Below, in pieces: positions 58,801 through 64,000 of a stretch of 64,000 nucleotides of DNA. Each line of letters begins with the position of its first letter. Within the stretch, counting starts at the first letter, position 1. The stretch covers positions 62,001 to 126,000 of the forward strand of contig JBNJNM010000006.1 of the NCBI GenBank assembly GCA_052426225.1. The letters are read 5' to 3'. The stretch is from Zancudomyces culisetae HAW-14-8 (lineage: Eukaryota; Fungi; Kickxellomycota). The notes below the pieces were generated by a model, which did not search any database, was not told the DNA's origin, and was given only the letters and a program-made list of their open reading frames with translations. A program made the position numbers and the translations under genes.

Positions 58801-60237
58801 GTTATGCCTCTTCCCATCCGCCGTCACTAATGTTAGCCCACTTTTACTATCCATGTCCAATCCCCAACCCTCCATTAGGTTGTAAGTAACAACGGAGCAA
58901 GCCGCCCCTGTATCCACCACTGCCCACAATTTTTGTCCGAATACTTGCACCATTATTCTGCAATTAGATGTTTTTCTTTCTTGAACTTGTATTTCGTTTA
59001 GTTCCATAACCTTGTCCTTTTTGAGGAAGCTCTTCAACTCTTCTGAGTATATTGGGGCATTCTCAATTAACTGTAAAGCATCAATTTTTGGGTAGACCTT
59101 GCGCAACTCTTCGATAATGGAGAAGGTCTTGTTGGTGCCTTTCAACAGCTGGTAGTTTTTACCTCTTGAAATGTTTGATTCTAGCCTATTCTCATCTCCC
59201 AGCGATTCATCCCCAACTTCCGCTGTCGGATGGGCCACACCACTGGTCTCTTCCGGTGTAGAGTGGACTCCCCTAGTGCGTGCGGTCCTGTACTTAGTAG
59301 GGCGTTGTTCTGTTGCTCCACTGGCTATGTCACTGTGCTTTCTTTTATCAATTGCATACACCTGTGCATCGTCTTCCACTGCACTATGGTTCTCAATTAC
59401 CTCAATATAATTTATGTTCTTTTGAATGTCTACCTTGCTACCATCGCTTGAACCGCTTTCTTTTATCTTCGGACACTCATACTTACGATGGCCTATTTCA
59501 TTACACGAATAACATTTTACCACAAAGGGCTGTACTCTTCTATTACTTGTAGCCGCTTCCTTAAGTTTTTGATCAACTACTTGCTCTACTTTTGTGATCA
59601 GACTCACACTCATTTCCTCGAATCTTTTCATCATGTCACTGTACGCTACTGAGTTTTTTGCAATTTCCTTAACACTTTTCCCTTTTGATGCAGCGTTCGT
59701 GGTATAATCCTTCGCTTGAACTTTAGAATCCTTGTGATCCCCTTTCTTTGGATTTACCACTGAGCCATCCTCAACCTTTGTGATTAATTCAATTACCTTA
59801 TCCCACTCAGTTATGCTGTTTTCTTCAACTTTCTCTTTAAATTCTACTCTAAGTGTACTAACTAAAAAATCGAATCTGTTCCCAATATCTTTGATGTTAG
59901 CTTTATTTAGTAAATGATTCAACTCCACTTCAAGTTCTTCTATACTATCAAATTCAGACTGTTTAATCGATCGCAACCGATTCCAAATTTTTTCCTTTGA
60001 ATCTGTAGTACCATATTTTTCTTTGAATCTTTTGCTTAATTCCTCCCAGCTGGTAAATTTTACTTTGTTCTTCTTGAACCATATCTTTTCCTTGTTCCCT
60101 AAAAATAACTTCACAAGGTCAATAAGGTCATCTTCCGGCCAACTATTCAACTTTGCGACCAGTTTGAAGTCCTCAATCCACTCTGCTGGATCTATCCCTT
60201 TTCCAGATTCAAATTGCTTTGGTGATGTTATAACCAT
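55801..60237 (-). CDS. Single-ORF Gag-Pol polyprotein (capsid, CCHC knuckle, protease, RT, RNase H, integrase with GPY/F motif, no chromodomain)
   Basis: CYSCNEIGHRKYEC; VDTGAACS; DYRRLN, MPFGLTNSPATFQ, FVDD; TDAS..GIGGVL; HHCC finger, SDRGSSF, PQSNGQTER; WEGPY. Order PR-RT-RH-IN is Ty3/gypsy. Confidence 0.96.
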   Translation of the reverse strand: MVITSPKQFESGKGIDPAEWIEDFKLVAKLNSWPEDDLIDLVKLFLGNKEKIWFKKNKVKFTSWEELSKRFKEKYGTTDSKEKIWNRLRSIKQSEFDSIEELEVELNHLLNKANIKDIGNRFDFLVSTLRVEFKEKVEENSITEWDKVIELITKVEDGSVVNPKKGDHKDSKVQAKDYTTNAASKGKSVKEIAKNSVAYSDMMKRFEEMSVSLITKVEQVVDQKLKEAATSNRRVQPFVVKCYSCNEIGHRKYECPKIKESGSSDGSKVDIQKNINYIEVIENHSAVEDDAQVYAIDKRKHSDIASGATEQRPTKYRTARTRGVHSTPEETSGVAHPTAEVGDESLGDENRLESNISRGKNYQLLKGTNKTFSIIEELRKVYPKIDALQLIENAPIYSEELKSFLKKDKVMELNEIQVQERKTSNCRIMVQVFGQKLWAVVDTGAACSVVTYNLMEGWGLDMDSKSGLTLVTADGKRHNTLGRLSQVPLMIASFILPVNLIVMSRNDDTLILGTDWLLQHKASLNLKVPELRIPIENVEVVTRLETSADLNMEDEKAELYAILKQGPVGRGSCLEVELESVIHKYNNIFVSDLSELTQTSVIEHRIQVKDETPIKLRPYRIPHRQQEQVLHELKEMEKQGIISPTTSEWCAPVVIVHKKNGKIRVCADYRRLNEVTRKDSYPLPVIADLFMALSGAVVFSCLDAMSGFWQIRMHSADKAKTAFAIPGSGAFEYNVMPFGLTNSPATFQRAMEKVLQPLLWKCAVVFVDDIIVFSKEINKHAEDLDKVLALLEKNQIQLHRDKCVIGFTELEYLGHTISAKGIGTSPKKVEAINNIKAPTCVKELQSALGMTGYYRKYIPNYSRVTSPLTQLLKKSVKWEWGDEQEDALRQLKVLMSSAPVLGHPDWTVEFVITTDASAIGIGGVLSQITSEGEKIIEYASRTTTPAEKNYSISHLEGLAVVWSVKKFKFYVWGRKFRIRTDHKSLIQLFNSPDITGRVARWAMVLRSFDYTIEHLPGIINPADALSRLVTENENEQDDVELDVFAMEILEYEDIKQYLTEKKLPDNIDVEYKERLKRRSKLYKIDKGKLMKEVKGCLKEVLHRGNIRQVVESIHNEGHEGIENTWLRVSQRYTSRNIYREVKEIVKCCPVCQLYKGSKSKRHPLVPIVTTKPFQIVGIDAIGPIAPISASGNRFILTAIDLFTKWPIALAVPNIQSNTVINFLINEVIAPFGVPQQLISDRGSSFLSECATQVYEWLGIHHTPTTSYRPQSNGQTERLNQTLMNVLIKQCRNDKQKWDAYLWKTLLVIRTLRNKSIGYSPAEMLYGVELSLPTTWKYNGEIENVEELILSRVKQINDDLPVLRNLAHKSSIEAKSSQATRYNKGVTYHRFEVGEKVLKLVDMERSKLEHYWEGPYTVERALSKGAYVISDQEGNRELAHGDMLKKYHTSNYMIPDVTTTLKTKLKRFKQSRRNEGIRA

Positions 60238-60313
60238 TTTCTTTATCTCTCTATAATAGAATTATTATTTCCTAGTCGAATCCTTAAATGAAAATAATCT
60301 GAAGGACTTATAG

Positions 60314-60331
60314 GTCCCACCGTGATCGCCA
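60314..60331 (-). other. Primer-binding site TGGCGATCACGGTGGGAC, complementary to tRNA-Arg(UCG)
   Basis: 1 nt inside the 5' LTR; 18/18 complement to the last 15 nt of the 55394-55466 tRNA plus CCA. Confidence 0.96.
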
Positions 60332-60332
60332 C

Positions 60333-60647
60333 TGTCAGATACTAACGTTTTTATGCTAGTATCTCTTATATTTAATACTACTATGCTAAATATAAAACTA
60401 TGTTATTCTATTTTTAAATATTACTATGTTTTATTTCAGACCTAAGTTGTATATCTTTTTTCCTAAATTAACTATTTATTGTGTAACATTTATAAAAAAC
60501 TAACTAAAAAACTCTTATATAAGATACTACTAAAAAATTATATTTAAAAACGAAAATGTTATTAGAAAAAATCACTAGGATAAAAAAAACTAATGCATTT
60601 CGGATTCGTAACCAGTTACGAATCAATTGTCAATTTGCTATATGACA
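60333..60647 (-). repeat. 5' LTR of element 1
   Basis: Direct repeat of 55475-55789. Confidence 0.96.
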
Positions 60648-60770
60648 TTTTGTTATATTTTATTTCTAAAATATATGTATTTACTATAATTGTTCTATAA
60701 TATTTCTTTAAGTTATTGTTATTAACTATAACAAGGTAATTATATTTTTTAACTGATTATTTCTTTATTT

Positions 60771-63700
60771 TGTCAAATATTTCCCTTTTTTATACTTTTT
60801 TTCTTTCTAAGTAAAAATTAATTTAAACTAAGATACTGAAACTAAACTTCTTTAATACTAAAACAATAAATTACTATTAAAAATTATATGACTAAACAAA
60901 CGTTTGTATTGCGACACTATGAGTCATCAGAAAAAACTAGATGACGTTATTTTCATCGATAGTGAAAAAAACTGATCCTCATTAGTTATCGCAAACTAAT
61001 AATTTGTTCGTTTGCATGATGACTAATTAATTAGTCATCATGCTCTCCTGCCCACTATATGACAGTACCCCCTCCCCTAAGCAAAGATGCCCTCATCGCG
61101 TGCTCTTTGTCGGAACCTTTTTAGCTTGGACTTTAATGTGGTAGTCACCTCCGGAATCATATGGCTACTCATGTGGTACTGTTTGAGTATGTCTCCGTGT
61201 ACTAGGTCCCGATTACCGTACTTGTCACTGATGATGTACGTGCCCTTATCTAGCTTATTCTGAATTGTATAGGGTCCCTCCCAGACTCTTTCTAACTTGG
61301 CCCTTTCGTACTCAATCAGCTTCAAGACTAAATCTCCTACTTTAAAGCTGTATTCCACAACCTTCCGATTATAGATATTTTCATCATACCTTTTGGCTCT
61401 CGCTGAGTTCTGGTTTCCTAGTTGCCGAAGGATTGGCAATTCGCCCTTTATGCTTTTAATCCTGTTCTGCACTTGCTCTTCCTCATTGTCAATTTCCCCA
61501 TTATAATTCCAAGTTGAAGGCAGTTCTAGCTGTACCCCATACAACATTTCAGCCGGGCTGAATCCCGTAGATTTGTTCTTCATGGTGCGAAGTACTAGTA
61601 AGGTCTTCCACATGTGTCTATGCCAGTTGACTTTGTCGTTTCGGCATTGCTTCTGTAAAATGTTAATCAAAGTGCGATTCAACCTCTCTACCTGTCCGTT
61701 ACTCTGGGGACGGTAGGGTGTTGTTGGTGCGTGTCGGGTTCCTAGCCACTCGTAAACCTCTGTTGTTACTTCGCTGACAAATCCTGCGCCTCTGTCAGTG
61801 ATAATTCTTTGCGGAATCCCAAACTCCTTAACAATGTGTGATATAATAAAGTCTACCACGGTATCACTCTGTATATTTGTCACTGGTACAGCTATAGGCC
61901 ATTTTGTGCAATAATCAATCGCTGTCAAAATAAACCTATTCCCGGATTCCGACCCCGGACTTATTGGTCCTATAGCATCAATACCGACAATCTCGAATGG
62001 TTTCTGAACCTTGATGGGTACCAAAGGATGCTTCTTAGTTCTTCCGTCTTTATACAGCTGACAGGTATGGCAGCTTTGAACTATCTCGTATACATCTTTG
62101 TAAAGTTCTGTTCCGCAATATCTGGCACTGACCCGCTTCCAGGTATTCTCTATACCTTCATGAGACTCTTCGTGAATTTTATTGATTATTTCCTTATAAT
62201 TTCGCTCGTGAAGCACCTCTTTCAGAATCTTTTTAACTCTCTTAAATAGCTTTCCTTCTATTAATCTGTACTGCCTGGATTTATTCCTCAAGCGTTTTCG
62301 AAAATTCTCGTCACTATTCCTAGGATAGGATAGGTCCGCCAAGTACTGTCTTACCGCCTCATGTTCTAGGTATCCCATTGCACACACGTCCAATTCTTCC
62401 GGTTTGTCCTCTGTGCTTTCCGTAACCAATCTTGACAGTCCGTCAGCAGGATTAAATTTTCCCGGTAAGTGTTCTATTTCAAAATCATAGTTCCTTAGCA
62501 CCATCGCCCATCTGGCGATTCTCCCGGAGATATCAGGCCCATGGAATATCTGTATCAGGGACTTGTGATCTGTACGAATACGGAATTTCCTGCCCCAAAC
62601 GTAATACTTGTACTTCTTCACCGCCCATACTACAGCCAGCGCTTCTAGATGGCTTATACTGTAATTCTTCTCTGCCTTATTGGTTGTCCTACTTGCAAAC
62701 TCGATCACTCTTTCCGAACCTTTTTCACCTTGCGAAAGTACGGCTCCAATCCCTAGCATAGATGCATCCGTAGTGATGACAAATTCCTGTTCCCAATCCG
62801 GATGGCCCAGTACTGGTGCAGTCGTTAGTAATGTCTTTAGCTGTGTTACTGCCCCGGCTTGCTCTTCGGTCCACCTCCACTTTTCGTCTTTCTTGAGTAA
62901 CCTGGTTAGTGGGTTTGCTATCCGTGCATAGTTTGGAATGTACTTTCTATAGTACCCCGTCAATCCTAGGAGAGATTGTACTTCCTTTATATTTGTTGGT
63001 TCTTTGACTGTCTGTATCGCTGATATTTTCTTCGGACTCGTGCCAATACCTTTATCTGAGACCACGTGCCCCAAGTAATCTATTTCTTTTTGACCTATGG
63101 CACATTTGTTACGGTGTAGCTGGATCTTGTTCTTCCTCAACAAGTTAAATACCAGTTCCAGATCCTTTGCGTGTTCGTCCACTTCTTTTGAAAACACTAT
63201 GATGTCGTCTATAAAGACGACGGCCTTTTTCCACAACACCGGTTTTAATATCTGCTCCATAGTCCTTTGGAACGTTGCTGGACTATTCGTTAGCCCAAAG
63301 GGCATAACGTTGTATCTAAAGCTACCACTCCCTGGAAGGGCAAAACTCGTCTTGTCCTTATCTGTTTCCCGCATTTTGATTTGCCAGAATCCACTTAGCG
63401 CGTCTAGGGAGCTAAAAATCACTGCCCCTGACAACGCCATAAATAGATCCTGGATAACGGGTAAAGGATACGAATCCTTTTTTGTAACTTTGTTGAGCTG
63501 TCGGTAATCTGCGCAAACTCGCAACTTACCATCCTTCTTGTGAACGATTACGACAGGCGAGCACCATTCGGCGTTGCTTGGTTCAATGATTCCTTTCTCT
63601 AACATTTCCTTTAACTGCTCTTCTACTTTCTCTTGTAACCTAAAGGGAATCCGATATGGCCGCTGACGAATGGGTTTGTCTACTTCTAGCTCAATCCTAT

Positions 63701-64000
63701 GTTCGGCTACGTCGGTCTGCTTCAAATCTGAAATATCCTCGACAAAAATGTCATCATATTCAGCTAGTACCTTCCTAGTATTCTCGTCTATGTAATCTTC
63801 CTTGCACTCGGGTCCTTCTTTCAAAATTAAATAGATTTCTGATTCTATTTCCTGAACTTCGTTGGATGTTACCAGTCTTGAAATTACTTCCGCATTCTCA
63901 ATGGGGAACCTTATTTCCGGTACGCGCAGGTTTATGGAAGCCCGGTGTTGTACCAACCAATCAGTACCTAGGATCAACGTACCTTCGTTTTTTGACATAA
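60771..64000 (-). mobile_element. Second, related Ty3/gypsy element (element 2): 3' LTR about 60771-61064, PPT 61068-61078, pol running off the window end
   Basis: TGTCAAATA...TATATGACA termini matching the style of element 1, PPT AGGGGAGGGGG and intact pol. The outer LTR boundary cannot be confirmed because the 5' LTR is outside the window. Confidence 0.9.
61077..64000 (-). CDS. Pol region of element 2 (protease C-terminus, RT, RNase H, integrase); 5'-partial
   Basis: LILGTDWL, DYRQLN, MPFGLTNSPATFQ, FIDD, TDAS, TDRGAGF, PQSNGQVER, WEGPY; colinear with element 1 and without stops. Confidence 0.95.
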   Translation of the reverse strand, partial: MSKNEGTLILGTDWLVQHRASINLRVPEIRFPIENAEVISRLVTSNEVQEIESEIYLILKEGPECKEDYIDENTRKVLAEYDDIFVEDISDLKQTDVAEHRIELEVDKPIRQRPYRIPFRLQEKVEEQLKEMLEKGIIEPSNAEWCSPVVIVHKKDGKLRVCADYRQLNKVTKKDSYPLPVIQDLFMALSGAVIFSSLDALSGFWQIKMRETDKDKTSFALPGSGSFRYNVMPFGLTNSPATFQRTMEQILKPVLWKKAVVFIDDIIVFSKEVDEHAKDLELVFNLLRKNKIQLHRNKCAIGQKEIDYLGHVVSDKGIGTSPKKISAIQTVKEPTNIKEVQSLLGLTGYYRKYIPNYARIANPLTRLLKKDEKWRWTEEQAGAVTQLKTLLTTAPVLGHPDWEQEFVITTDASMLGIGAVLSQGEKGSERVIEFASRTTNKAEKNYSISHLEALAVVWAVKKYKYYVWGRKFRIRTDHKSLIQIFHGPDISGRIARWAMVLRNYDFEIEHLPGKFNPADGLSRLVTESTEDKPEELDVCAMGYLEHEAVRQYLADLSYPRNSDENFRKRLRNKSRQYRLIEGKLFKRVKKILKEVLHERNYKEIINKIHEESHEGIENTWKRVSARYCGTELYKDVYEIVQSCHTCQLYKDGRTKKHPLVPIKVQKPFEIVGIDAIGPISPGSESGNRFILTAIDYCTKWPIAVPVTNIQSDTVVDFIISHIVKEFGIPQRIITDRGAGFVSEVTTEVYEWLGTRHAPTTPYRPQSNGQVERLNRTLINILQKQCRNDKVNWHRHMWKTLLVLRTMKNKSTGFSPAEMLYGVQLELPSTWNYNGEIDNEEEQVQNRIKSIKGELPILRQLGNQNSARAKRYDENIYNRKVVEYSFKVGDLVLKLIEYERAKLERVWEGPYTIQNKLDKGTYIISDKYGNRDLVHGDILKQYHMSSHMIPEVTTTLKSKLKRFRQRARDEGIFA

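Larger units (their letters stand above)
55475..60647 (-). mobile_element. Complete Ty3/gypsy LTR retrotransposon (element 1), 5,173 bp
   Basis: Two 315-bp TG..CA LTRs with no differences seen by eye, PBS, PPT and a single intact gag-pol ORF; TTTT on both flanks (possible 4-bp TSD). Confidence 0.97.

Noticed and set aside
60314-60331. Second tRNA fragment or att-like duplication, as for a tRNA-integrating island
   Set aside because: It includes the non-encoded CCA and sits 1 nt from the LTR, so it is a retroelement PBS, not a recombinase attachment site.

Overview
AT-rich eukaryotic (fungal) genomic window. Gene style suggests an early-diverging fungus, possibly an insect-gut Harpellales/Kickxellomycotina species; this is an inference I cannot confirm. 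Housekeeping genes: LCB2, SES1, a Ygr210-type Obg GTPase (3 exons), a ZNF830-like protein, class V myosin, a UsgS/EI24-like membrane protein, SCP160/vigilin, an orphan 7TM protein, ARP6 (10 exons), a TBRG1-like FYRN/FYRC protein (10 exons), TVP23 (3 exons) and a Mim1-like protein. Two accessory regions stand out. (1) 12.6-22 kb: a tail-to-tail pair of secreted S1 proteases with a non-trypsin specificity pocket, mucin-like Ser/Thr/Pro stalks and repeated Cys-bounded ~170-aa domains of unknown family, with decayed LINE 3' ends nearby. (2) 55.4-64 kb: an intact, very young 5,173-bp single-ORF Ty3/gypsy element inserted 8 bp upstream of a tRNA-Arg(UCG) gene. Its 18-nt primer-binding site is the exact complement of that tRNA's 3' end. 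A second related element lies 123 bp further upstream in the same orientation. This is a candidate tRNA-gene-targeting retrotransposon family. The window also shows a gene-polarised purine-to-pyrimidine switch at synonymous sites.
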